Positions 37,778-49,573 of a stretch of DNA of 64,000 nt are shown piece by piece. The notes beneath the pieces were generated by a model. That model saw only the letters and a list, made by a program, of their open reading frames with translations, was not told the DNA's origin and searched no databases. This stretch comes from Rhizaria sp. SCN 62-66 (taxonomy: Eukaryota), in contig MEDY01000126.1 in NCBI GenBank assembly GCA_001724265.1, forward strand, positions 1-64,000. Reading direction: 5' to 3'. The stretch's first letter is position 1, and every line of letters starts with the position of its first letter. A program made the translations under genes and the position numbers.

Positions 37778-39455
37778 CGCTCCTGTTGTTGAGAGCGCTG
37801 CGAATAGCTCTAAGGCCGGCGCCGCGCTCCCCTCCGTCTCCGTCTCTGCCGCAGTCGCCAGCGACCCTGCTCTCGCCGCGTTTATGGCGCTGGATGAAGC
37901 CGTGCTGTGCGACGGTCAAGACGCGACCCCGCGCGACGGCCCCCTGCGTGGTGTCGCCGGTGAGGAGCTGGCCCCGCCGGAGTCGGAGGACCGCGCCGAG
38001 CATTCGGTCGTCCTCTCCAGCTCTGAGGACGAGGACGGTGACTTTGACGACGAGGACGAGGACGACGCCGCCAACGACGGCGAAGACGCGAGTGGCGACG
38101 GCCAGAACCAAGCCAAAAGCAAGATAGCTGGCGCCAAGTCACCCTCAGTCAACGCGCGCGCCGCGCGTCGTGGGTCTGGCGCCTCGTCGGTCCACTCGGC
38201 TTCCCACGCCAATCCCGGCGCCGGTACCACCGCGGGCGCGGCCAAGGCACGTGAGCTGTCCCCGCGCGGGCTGCTGGTGGCGCAGAATGTCTCCGCCGCG
38301 GCCGCCGAGGCGCAGGCGAAACTGACCGAGGACGATGTCAACCGTGCGATCCTGGGGCTGAAATCGGCCGGTAAATCAAAGTCCAAGTCGAACCTCAACG
38401 CAAACGCACACGTGAGTGCGAGTGCGATCCCAAGCGCGAGCAATGGCATGCCAGAGCTTGAGGAAGAGGAAGACGAAGCTGCGGCGGACGCGGCGGCTGT
38501 TGCTGCGATGGAAGCGCTTGGTTTCGACGACAAGGATGTTCCGTTTGACCAACGCTCGATCGAAATGTCTGATATGGACGACGACAACAGCGGTAGCGGC
38601 GACGGCGACGACGGCGATGGCGGTGATGCCAAGGGTGCGAACAAGAGCAGCGGCGACGACAACCGGCCGACGCGCCGGCCCAACAAGGCCAACGGCTCCC
38701 CTCGCAGCGGCAACAACAAGAACTGCGCCAACAACAGCATCACTGGCGCCGCCGGCCCGACCCCCGTCGTCTCCCTCCCCGCCGACGCGAACGCGAGCGT
38801 GAATGCTAAGGCGTCGACTCTGGCGCCGCTGTCCCCGCCGTCCCCCGCTCCATCGACGCTGACCGGCTGGGACAACGGGGCCCCGCTTGCCTGGGAAGCG
38901 GGCAACACCGGCACGCCCCTTGCGGCCGGGCAGCACGGCGACCGCGGCGCTGCGGAGGAGTCGGCGCGGCTGAAGCGGAAGCTCGAGGCCGCGCGCAAGG
39001 CCAACGCGAAGCTCTCGGGCGCGGCGGGTGAGGGCAAGGAAGACGACGGCAACAAGGTTGGCACGGGCAGTCTCGATATCCCAAGCGATATGGAAGAGTA
39101 TGGCAACTCTGACATCGAGGATAACGGCGGTGGCGCGAGCTCTATCGGCGGCCCCGCCACGCGCAAACACAAAAAGCCCGCCGCCGGCGCCACCGCTGGT
39201 GCTGGTGCGGCGAACAGAGAGGGCACCGATCCCGCTGAGCTAGAGGCCGGCACGCTCAGCCCGCGTCGTGCGGTGGAAACAGAGACTGTGGGCATGTGCG
39301 GTTGTTTCGCCCCGCGCCGCCCCAAAAACAACGCCCGCAACGGCAACGGCAGCGGCAGCGGCAGTGCGTATGCTGTGGGAGGCGCGGACGGTGCCAACGG
39401 CAGCGGCAATGCGGACCCGGCGCGTGAGGAAAAGTCGCGCTGCGTCGTCATGTAA
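25203..39455 (+). CDS. Giant (4750 aa) intronless low-complexity protein with C-terminal CaaX (CVVM)
   Basis: 14,253-nt uninterrupted ORF with an in-frame TAA just upstream (25191). It is Ala/Ser/Gly/Asn/Thr/Pro-rich throughout with no recognisable folded domain, and ends KSRCVVM-TAA followed by an AT-rich 3' region. Confidence 0.8.
37617..37775 (+). repeat. Coding microsatellites (AAC)11 at 37617-37649 and (GCT)18 at 37722-37775
   Basis: Perfect trinucleotide runs encoding poly-Asn and poly-Ala; representative of many similar runs in the window. Confidence 0.9.
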
Positions 39456-40902
39456 TGCGAAATTTCAAGCAAAAAAACAACCGGTAAACATGGAAACGAC
39501 ATGGAAACGGAAACTGCTTCTTTTTTTTGCTTTGCTTGAACTGTGTTTTGATCTGTTTGTTACACGTATTTTCGGGTTCGTTTGGAATCTATATTCTGCT
39601 TTACGATTATTGTGTTCTTCGTTTACGTTGATTGAGTCTGTCCTGTGTTCTGTTGTTTCATGCACCCCGGAACTTTCTTTTGTTTCTGAAGGAAACGTGC
39701 TTTTGTGACGAGCATGTTTCTCTCTTCTTGTTTCTCCCTTTTCCTTTTTCTTATGGCTTCCTCCTGTACTTGTTCTGTGTTAAGTCAATGCTTACGCTAG
39801 TATAGATTCTGCTGTGAATATGTGAGGTGTACATCAATCAATTTCACTTCATGTTTATCACTGTCTTGTTGTCATTGTCATTGCTGCGCGCGACTCTGTG
39901 CGTCAAGTGATGTGTTCCACTGTCCCTCCTCTATATGCATTCCTTCGTCGTGTGGCGATATATGTTACGAATTGTTACGCTTCGTTGCACTTGTAGACAG
40001 CGTTTAACCAACAACAAGTAATTTTTGTCAGAACACCACCAACCCTCCACCACACATCTTAACACCCCAACATCAACATCATCAATTTCGTTTGTTCAAT
40101 TTCGTTTGTTTACTTTTAAACCGTATCATGTCTCTGTTGCTTGTGTCACGTGAGTCATGCTAATGTTTATTTTTGTTTGCAGACCAAGTTTCGTCTGAAC
40201 ATTGCGTTTTAATTTATTTTTCTGATTATTTTTCCCTTCTTTTTGTTCACCACCGCAAAATACTCAGTCATATCCCTGATGTCGCCTGTTGTTAATTGTT
40301 TCATGTGCGTTTGTTTTGTGTGCGCCTGTGTGCTCTTGATGGAATTCAATTGAGAATGATGTTTTTGCGTCAGTAAAGTCATTTTCTATCATTCAACCGC
40401 ACGGAGCGTCTCCAATAACGTACACGTATCTCTTTTGCGAATGTATCTTGCGTACTTTCGCAACTTGACTCATGATTTCGTCCAAAAGCATGATTATAAT
40501 CAAGTCCGCCGATTGGTCAATGACTCTTTCATTGACTCTCAACTATCATCACAGATATCTACTAATAATTTGACTACATACATACCACTTATTTTCACGC
40601 GTATAATCAAAATAGAATGTCTCTGCTCGAAGCGAACTTGCCGTCGTTTATCGAAAGTGCAACTATGTATTAGCAACCTTGAAAGCCGCATCTGCGCTGT
40701 TCTGTCATGCGTCGCCATCAGGCCCTTAACGTGGTGTTCATCATCCGCTGCAACGAAAACATCACTACAGGCCAGCTGTCGCACTTAGACTCTATCACAG
40801 TCCTTCTTCAATGTCCAAATCCAACTCAACACATCATGGTAGATTGTACATTGCGTTTGCACTCCACTCATCGGAGCCTCGATCGCAGTCTCTGTCGCGG
40901 CC

Positions 40903-42585
40903 TCAGTCTGACTCGGGCTTGATCGGGAGAGTGATGGACAGAACTCCACGCTTTGCATCCCATTTGGCACTGCCGCTGTCGGAGATCACGATGTGGGGCA
41001 GGTGCAGCGCCAGCTTGCTGTCAACACGTGAGCAACAAAAAAAAAAATAGTCAAAGCCAAACCAGGGATGTGAGCGTGTGCAGTTTTGTGGAGTCTCACA
41101 CCGCAAGTGTGGTAAGTCGCACGGCAAGAGCGTCATTTACGCCATCTCGGGAAACCAAAGCCCTATTCAGTCGTAAATACTCGCATTATGAATATAGATA
41201 TTATTCATTGGCGCAATTTTGATGTAATTTGTGAGACGTACAACACAGGCGTGGTAACCTGGAGCTTCGTATCGGTGACGTTGAGGTCAATGGTCTTGTA
41301 CACTGTGTCCGGCAGAGTCACCTTGACGATGATATCCTCACAGCTAAACACGCAAAAACAACAAAACAAACGCAGATTTTAGAAAAATGTGAATTATAGA
41401 GCAGTTAAAAATATGTCATTCAGTAAAGCAGCACAACAAATTCCAAGACATCTCTCAAATGAATCGAAACACAACATTAAATAGGCGAAAATTAACTGAG
41501 ATGTTGACATACGACATCGATGACGTGTTCTTCATGCCCATATTGAGGAACAAGTCCTCTGCCGTCACCTTCTGCTTATACACAATCTCATACTCCGGCT
41601 CCCTCCTCTTTGTAGCAGCGCCACCGTTGCTCTTAGAGTTGCCGCTTTCGTCGTCACTGTCCTCATCGAACCCGTGGATCTGCCCGAATGGCACCTCCTC
41701 CTCAGCCCACACCGCCTTGGGATCAGACCGCACCTTGGTCGCCGCCGCAGCGGCCGCGGCGGTGGCGGAGTATGCGGCGGCGGCGGCTTGCCCCTCACGG
41801 GCCGCGGCGGTCGCGGCGGCGCGGCGGCGGCGCTCTCGGCGGGCGGCGCGCGCGGCCGCGGCGGCCTCGGGGTCCAGCTCCTCCTCTTCTTCTTCAGCGT
41901 CCTCAACCTGATGTTGCTGTGGCTGGGTTGTGGAGGTGGTGGTTTGGGGAGTGGTGTTGCCGGTACAGTCGAGTGCGGCGCCGCCAGTGGCGCCACGGTT
42001 GCTTGTGATGACCGCCTTGAACAGCGGGTCTATAGTGTGGGGCAGATGAAAAGCATACATGTAAACAGAATTCGTTTCGTTATGTGATTAGGTTGAAGCT
42101 CGAACTCGCAATGCTTCTGTGTGGGAATTGAGAGATAAAAGTAGATCAAATGCTTTGTGCAAGAGAGTGTGGAAAGTGGACATAACGTACTCTCACCAGC
42201 CTTGCTGGTCTTGTACTTCTTGTACGACTCTTGATCCTATAGTAGAGAGGGAAAGCAAAACAAGTGAGGAAAAGTCAATATGGAATCGTTGAATGTTGTG
42301 AGCGAGGCGCGATTTAAAAACAGCCAAATTCATACATTATCAATGACTTAGGACAAATCCGAACGTAAATCATAATTGATCAATGTCAAATATACGATAT
42401 TGTGTTGCTAAACACAATTGTTCGCGTTTGGTTAAAGTATGCTGAACGAAGGTTGTTGGGCCATCCATGTAAGAGGTGGGATGGAAGTGAAACAAAGAAG
42501 GGATACGCACCGATTCGGACTCAGAAGCAATGTTGGGATCGCGCAGAATTTCGGCAAGTCCGTGCAAATCGTTGACACTGAACAT
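40903..42585 (-). CDS. DNAAF6: Dynein axonemal assembly factor 6 (PIH1D3/Twister); exons 42585-42511, 42236-~42191, 42029-41513, 41343-41242, 41017-40903
   Basis: The spliced product contains AVWAEEEV, EPEYEIVYKQKVTAEDLFLNMGMKNTSSMS-CEDIIVKVTLP, IDLNVT and KLALHLPH...SAKWD...LSITLP. All four intron phases fit. Confidence 0.9.
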
Positions 42586-42959
42586 GACGGCTCTGTGAAA
42601 ATGATAACGTAGTGATTGGGATGATGTAAGTTTTAAATGTTAGCAGGCTGTAACGGACGGAAGAGGTGTGTCAAAGCTGCGTTCCATGGAATGAAAACAG
42701 AGTAATCAGATAATATTAAAAAAGATTCCAAGTCAAATCATTCAATGAAAATGCGCAGAGTGTATAATATACCGCTTGACGGTCACTGTGTAGATAGCGA
42801 TTCAAACTTTCAAAGCATCATTCGAAGCCGCAGCAAGCCACAGCACCGCAGCCATCGCTCAAAACACACAAATGTGCGATATCCTCATAATAACAAAGAC
42901 CTATAGTAAAATATCCAAGTATCTAAATAAATTCGTACGTTTAGTTATAAATATTTTGT

Positions 42960-45900
42960 TTAATCGCTCAAATCGTCCTCGCTGCGCTCCTCCTCGGCCA
43001 TCTCAGCGTCGACCTTAGCAGAAGTCGCTGCCCTCATCGCAGCCTGCTCCGCCGCCTTAGCAGCCTCAGACGCCGCCGCAGCCGCCGCCGTGGCCGCGCG
43101 CATCTCCAGCGCGGCCACCGTCGCCGTAAGCGTCGCACTGGGGGCCGACACAAGCACAGACGCCGTCTTTTGCAGACTGCTCGAGTCGCCACCCAAGCGT
43201 TCCAACGCGGCTGTTGATGAACCCTGTGCGAAAAGGCCGGAGAACGACTGAACGCGCCACTCCCAGCGCTCGCACACCGCGTTCGCGCCGTGGGGACCCG
43301 CCGCGACACCGCCACCGCCGCCGTCCTGTGAGAGCAAGTGACCGTGAGCAGCCGCGGCCATGGGGTAGTGACCGTGGGAAGCTGAGGTGGTAATCGACGG
43401 AGGGGCAAAAGCAAAGGCTGGGAGGGAGAAAGAGTGGCTGTGAGCTGCGGGGCCAGTGTAGCGCGCAGCGACAGCGGAGTCAGTCACGCCCGCAAAGCCA
43501 CTCGCGTTGTAGCTGTAAGCACTGTTCACGTCATTGCTGTTCATACCCATGCCACTAGCGTTGTTGTTGTTGCGGTTGATTGCGATATGTGCGTTTGTAA
43601 CAGCGGAGATCGGCGTCGTGTATGGGTAATACGCTACTTTAACCTTCTTGAGCCTGATTGGCACGCGCGACCTCGCAAAACCGTCCGTGGACACAAACAG
43701 AGTGACTTCAGTCACGCTCGGTGAGAAATCGTTGCCAGTCCACACAGCCTCTGTGGGCGTGGGCGAGTTGCCGTTCGCGCTGGCCGATGTTGCTGCCGAG
43801 GTTGCCGCGTCGGTAGGAGCGTTGAAGGGGACAGCGGAGGTTGAGGCGCGGCGCGCGCTTTCACTCGCATTCGCGTTCGAAGCAGCGTTGCTCGCGTTCG
43901 GATTTACCCCGCCGGTAGCCGCTTTAGCATCAGTACTCGAGCTACTTCCAGCATCAGCGGGAGTTCTAGCAGCCGCCGTTGTCGTTGTTGCCGTTCTTGT
44001 TCCTGTTGTTAAGGTTGTCGGAGTGTTTGTGGATAGTTGCGAAGGGAAACCCGTGGAATCGACCGTGAGCAAGGACACCGCCGAGCGCTCAATCTGCACC
44101 CACACTCCGCCCAGTGCCGCCAGCGCTGTGGCGGCTGAGACGGCACGGTCGCAGTCGCGCTCACAGTCACTTTCAAACTCACAGTCGCCGCCACTGCCAC
44201 TGTGATCACCGTCACCAGTGTCGTTATGTTGAGTGGCTGTAAGCGCGGTGCTGAGTTGGGTGGCGAGTGACCGTGGCCACAAAGTGCGCACAGTCACGTG
44301 CACACCGCTAGCACCGAGACGACTGAGAAGCTTGCGGTGCGCGTCGTTGTTCAACAGCACAGCGATTGTAAGGGGGCTGGGTAATATAAGTACTTCGTCA
44401 AGTGATAACACAGTCAAATGACGCGCAATAGCGCGGCGCACCGCCTTTTGGCTGTTCACACTGGTGCTCGCTGCTGTATCCAGGCTCGCGAGAAGAGCAT
44501 TGGAAGAGCTGTTATTGCTTGCGTGAGCATGTGCGGTTGCAGGTGTGCTTGCACTTGTGTTTGTGGTCGGGTTTATGTTTATGGTAGTTTCAGTCGGCGC
44601 TGTAACGGCGGGGCGCGGGCGCAGGCGGAGTGTGACGGCCACAGTCGACTCAAGCTGACTGCGCGCGCTGCGACTCAGACCACTAGCGCGACTACTTACA
44701 TCGCCACCGGCTGCGGTAAGTACCCCCTTAGTAGAGATTGAAAGGGACTGTGAGCCGATGCACCCGCGCGCTGTGGTAGCGTCAAGGCTCGCGCCCACAG
44801 TCAAATAATCAAGCAAATACGCTCCGACACCGCTTGCACCAGTACGCTCAGTCTCGGCAGCGCTCGAACTGGCACCATTAGCTGTCGCGGCCGCAGTGAC
44901 AGGTTTCTTGTTCGCGTCGATGTTCACGGCATCGATATCGCTGGTGTTTGTCGATAACAATGATAACGCAGATAGAAGCGTCAGAGGCACATCCCCTGCC
45001 CCACCAACATTATTGTAAGTACTGTTCCCTTTTGTCACGCACTTAGCCATGCCTGAGACATCCCTAGCGGCTGCGGCGGCTGCAGCGGCGGCAGAGGCTG
45101 CAATAACAGACGCTGTGGCCGCCAAATGCGGGGCGAGAGCAGCGGCGGTCGCAGTGGCAGAGCTATTGAGATCAGCCAAGATCGCTCTTAAAGCGACGCC
45201 GTCGACAGTCTCCCCGTCAGGGCCAGAAAAAGGACTTGCATTAACTGCAGGAGTCGCGGCAGCGCTCACGCTACTTGCGGCAGCAGCAGCAGTGTCAGTC
45301 TTTGCCGTGGTCACAGTAGTAGTAGATGTTGTCTTCGTTGTTGTTGTTGTTGTCGTTGTTGTTGTTGTCGCAACAGTTGTGCCATAAGCCTTCTTGTTGT
45401 AGCTGCCAGAACTCGGACTCATGTAGTGGCTACTGTTGTCGCCATCATTGTCAACAACCTTCAAACCAGTGCCTGTGAGTCCCAGAGCCCACTCCGCCTG
45501 AGTTTCGTCTTCACTAGCATTCGCGGTCGCGTTTGGACTTACAGTGGGATCAAACGCCGCACTTGCGTCGTTGTTGTTGTTGTCACTGATCTTACGCTCA
45601 TCCTCCGTCTTCTTCTGCTGTTGCTGCTGTTGCCGTTGCTTTTGTTTCTCAGTCGCAGAGAGGGAGACAGCTTGACTTTGATCCACGCAAGCGGGGCAAC
45701 TGCAGCAGCAGCAGTGTACATAGTCAAACGGATGCGACTGCGGCGCTCCACGCCTCTCCACACGACGACAACGGCTAATACGAGTTGTCGTTGTTGTTGT
45801 TGCTGCACTCGCGCTCGAAGTCGTGGTCGTTGTGGTGGTAAGATTAAGAGATGACTGTGAGGTACCGTCGTTATCACCTGGCCCCCCCTTAGATTCGGAC

Positions 45901-47727
45901 TCAGTCATCTGCGCCAGGTACTTAGACTTGGGAGACTCTGAGGAACTAAGTGCGCCAGTGTAAGAAGGAAACGGCATGGTACTTAGTTCATCCCACGTCA
46001 TCGAATGCTCGCTGACACGAGCACGTGTGTTGAGAGTTAAGCCGCCGGTGATGTTCATGATACTGCTTGATCTCGCATGGTGATGTCCGTGACCGTGGCT
46101 GCGCTTGAGACCGTGAGCAGAGTGACTGTGAGCTGAGCGAGTCGTGTTTTTAGGAGATGTTTGAGGAGTTGAATCTGCTTTCTGAACCTTCTCATCAACA
46201 CTATTGTTGTTGTTGTTGCTGCTGCTGCTGCCTTTGCTCGCTGCAAGATCCTTGATATTCCCGCTTGCGCCAACGCCAGCAGTTGGACTCGCAATAGCAG
46301 CACGCTCTTTGCGACAGCGCCAGTTACTGCAGTCATCGCCGTCGCAGTCGCCCTCGCCGTCGCAGTCGCTGCAACTACCGGAGTCAGAGTCTGCGCCAGT
46401 GCCTGAGCCGACGACGCCGGTGGCGCAGTCGCCCACGGCAGAGGTGCGTGTGCAGCAGCAAAGCACACGGGTCGCCCGCAGCCGGTGACCGTGGGCGCCA
46501 GCAGCAGAGTGACCGTGAGCAGCAGCAGAGTGACCGTGAGCAGCCGCAGAGTGACCGTGAGCAGCCGCACTCACAGTCAAACTGGCATTCGCAGCAGCAG
46601 CAGCAGAGTGATTGTGAGAGAAAACTGGAGTCATTTCACCATCACCACCGCTGATGTTATTACGGTCATTGTCGTTATGAGTGCGATTTGAATCATTTGG
46701 ACTGTAGAACGAGTGGCTCTGTGCACGGCGACACGGCCGCGCGCGCGTCTTAACCGGAACTAACATGTCAAGAAACGGGTCATTCGCGGCCGCAAACCCG
46801 TTGTTGCTCATAGCCAGACTCGAACCACGGTGAGTCGCATTGCTGTTGGCTAGACTCGCGGCACTGCTGTTCTTCACCCCCGCAGAGCCGTATGTCTGTG
46901 TGTGCGCGTGATTCGCATGACTAGGACTGCCATAATTGCTGTTGTTGCTGTAGCTGCTGCTGTGGCTGTTGGAGCCGTGGCTAAGAGCGCCGCTTTTGCG
47001 GTGCCCGCTGCGGCGACGCTTCTGCATTGCCATGGTGATGTCAACTCCGTAGACACCGAAAACAACGCTATTATCAGTACTACTGAGAGTGGCACTGCTG
47101 TTACTGTTGCTGTTTCGACTGTTGTTGCTGTTGTTGTTGTTATTGTTACTACTGTTGTTGGTAAAGTCGAGGGGTAATGCGATAAAGCGTGTGGTAACGC
47201 CTAGAGGGGTAGAAACAAGAGCCCAGCGTTGCTTCAAAACACGTGAAAGCATAAATGCGTGTTGATATGCGTACAAACAAGGGTTAAAGCCAAAACTTGA
47301 CTCTGCCGCTGAAGCAGACGCAGTGACAACAATGTTACTGCTGTTGCTACCGTTGTTGTTGTTGCTGCTGTCGGTGTTATTGCTTGTGAGCGAAGAGGGG
47401 TTGACGAGTGACAGCGAAGGCAGCAACGGCGGTGGCAAAGCAGTGTTGCTGCTGTTGTTGTTACTGGAGCCAGCGCTTGCGGAACTACTGGAGCTGCCGC
47501 TGCTATTATTGCTAAAGTTAGTGTTGCTGTTGTTGTTGTTGTCATTGTTTGAGCTGATACGAGCGCCCCGGACTGGAGGCAGTGACAGTAACGCATCGCC
47601 ACTGGTGCCACCACCCAAGCTGTTGTTGTTGTTGACGTCTGGTGTCAACAACGACAAAGACGCCGATGACGCCGACGCCGCCGACTGCGACGCGTACTGA
47701 AACCTTTGCTGCGGCTGCGGACGCTGC

Positions 47728-47759
<32 letters not shown>

Positions 47760-49106
47760 CTGCTGCTGAGGTTGTTGCGGCCTCAACAGAGTGACAAATG
47801 GCCCCGCGGCCGCTTGCAACCACTTGCCCGCGATCGGTCCCCTCGCAGCGAGCCTCAACGACTGCGCCAGGATGTAGTGCGCGACTGTGGGCGGGAACGA
47901 CGGCAGCGGCAGGCCAGCAACGGTCACGCCGCCCACACCGACACCGACACCGTCACTAGCAGTGACAGTAACAGTAGCAGGAACAGCGGCAGAGTCAGCG
48001 TTGCTCGCGCTCGCGTTCGCAGTGTTGGCATTGTTGCTGTTGCTGTTGCTGTTGTTGCTACTGGTATGAATGTTATAATATGAGAGAGGAGTGGTGCATA
48101 GCAGCGCAACTGCGTGCTGCGCACTGCCGCCCTCAGCGCGTGCCTGCGTCGAGCGACTGATATTCGCGTAAGGGGCACTTACATGCAGCCCCATCCCGTG
48201 ATCAACGGCCTTGTCAACCCCGGGAGTGTTATCTGCGATGTAAAACGCTGTTTTAGACGCCTCAGCGCCTGTAGACAGCCTGTACAGCGCACTGACGGCG
48301 GCAGCACTCTTTGCACTTGCATTAACAGCCGCAGAGCCAGAGCCAGAGCCTGTCAAGGTGCTGTTGCTGTTGCTGTTGTTGTTGTTACGATCGGTACCGC
48401 TTCTAGCGTCTCTGCCATACTTTGAGGTGTGCGCGTTATTCCCCGTCATCAGCGTGTCTGTGGCCTTAAGATACGTCGCCACGCCGCCCTGCGCGCTCTG
48501 GAACGCGTCGGGCGCGAGCACACGCGATAAACACGCCAAACCGAGAGCGGGGTCGCGGGAAACCACGAGAAGCGACGATATCAGAGCGCCGACGACTGCG
48601 TACGGCGAGCCCGACGCCGCGAACGCGTGCTGCTGCTGCGCCAACACGCTAGAGCGCGCGGGGGGGGCGGTGGTGTCGCTGGTAGCAGCTGCTTGAGTTG
48701 GCAGAGTTGAGTTTGATGAAGTTTGTGATTGTGTTCGTGGCTGTGCAGTTTGCGGAGTGAGATAGACGTCAAGGTCGCCTGGTGAATGGATTAGGTGCGG
48801 CGCGACGGGCACGGCGGCGCGGGCGCGGTAGGGCCGCATCAGCGACGCCGTGGCGGACGCTGACGCCGATGCAGAGCCGGATGTGGCGGCAGCAGCGACA
48901 GCGGCAGAGGCGGAGGCTGAGGTTGGGGACATGACAGGGGAGGAGTGGGAAAAAGCCGAGGGCGTGGCGGGCGCGGTCAGGATAGACTGGCCGTAGGACA
49001 GGCCGCGTGCATGGCGCAAGGGCAGAGCGGCGGAGGACGTCATAGTGATGGAAGGGCCCGAGTTGGGGTCGTAGGCCGGCGGGGGAGACGGGCCGTGCTG
49101 CGACAT
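42960..49106 (-). CDS. Large (2048 aa) intronless hypothetical protein; low-complexity with interspersed hydrophobic and Cys-rich islands
   Basis: 6.1-kb open frame from ATG (MSQHGPSPPP) to TAA; no family recognised. Confidence 0.7.
46485..46568 (-). repeat. ~21-nt coding tandem repeat, 4 copies of CACGGTCAC, encoding AAAHGHS
   Basis: On the plus strand, AGAGTGACCGTGAGCAGCMGC x3 plus one variant unit. Confidence 0.85.
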
Positions 49107-49573
49107 GGTCACAGCGGCGAGCTCTGGGATTGCGCAAGCGATATAACGACACAAAAGATTGATAATCAAGTGAAAATTAAAACACATATAAAAATATTCT
49201 TTAAAAATATTATACTGAAAGATCTGTTGAAATAACGGATGTTACACCCTTCTTCAGCCCTGAAGAAAGTGTCTTGACCGTTACGAAGCAGTCGACTGTC
49301 CGTCTTGTGGCTGGCTCGTCTGCGACCAAGAGAGAGCTTCAGGAAGTCTAACTTTGCAGTAAACGCGCAGTGTCCATTAACGTGATATATCACTTTACGC
49401 TGCGTTTTCTATTAAAAACTACTGCTTTGTTTTAAATATTTTACTAGAATCCCTGCCACCGACATCTATACCTGTGCTTATCTCCTTCGCCGTACGCGCT
49501 TTTCGCCTTGCTCTTCGCTCCCTCTCCGCTGCCCGCACTCGCACGCCTCCCGCGCCCCAGCCCGACTTCTCCC

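Noticed and set aside
25163..39502. Numerous long antisense and alternate-frame ORFs (e.g. 37916-39502 minus)
   Set aside because: These are expected shadows of GC-rich, trinucleotide-repetitive coding DNA, with no independent motifs.
10734..42585. Functional cluster of flagellar genes (DRC7, kinesin-2, DNAAF6)
   Set aside because: They are interspersed with unrelated housekeeping genes; three of about 15 genes is compatible with chance in a flagellate.
47780..48810. Faint resemblance of the 2048-aa protein N-terminus to TMEM209
   Set aside because: Only two short fuzzy motifs; the TM segments and conserved C-terminal motifs are not evident.
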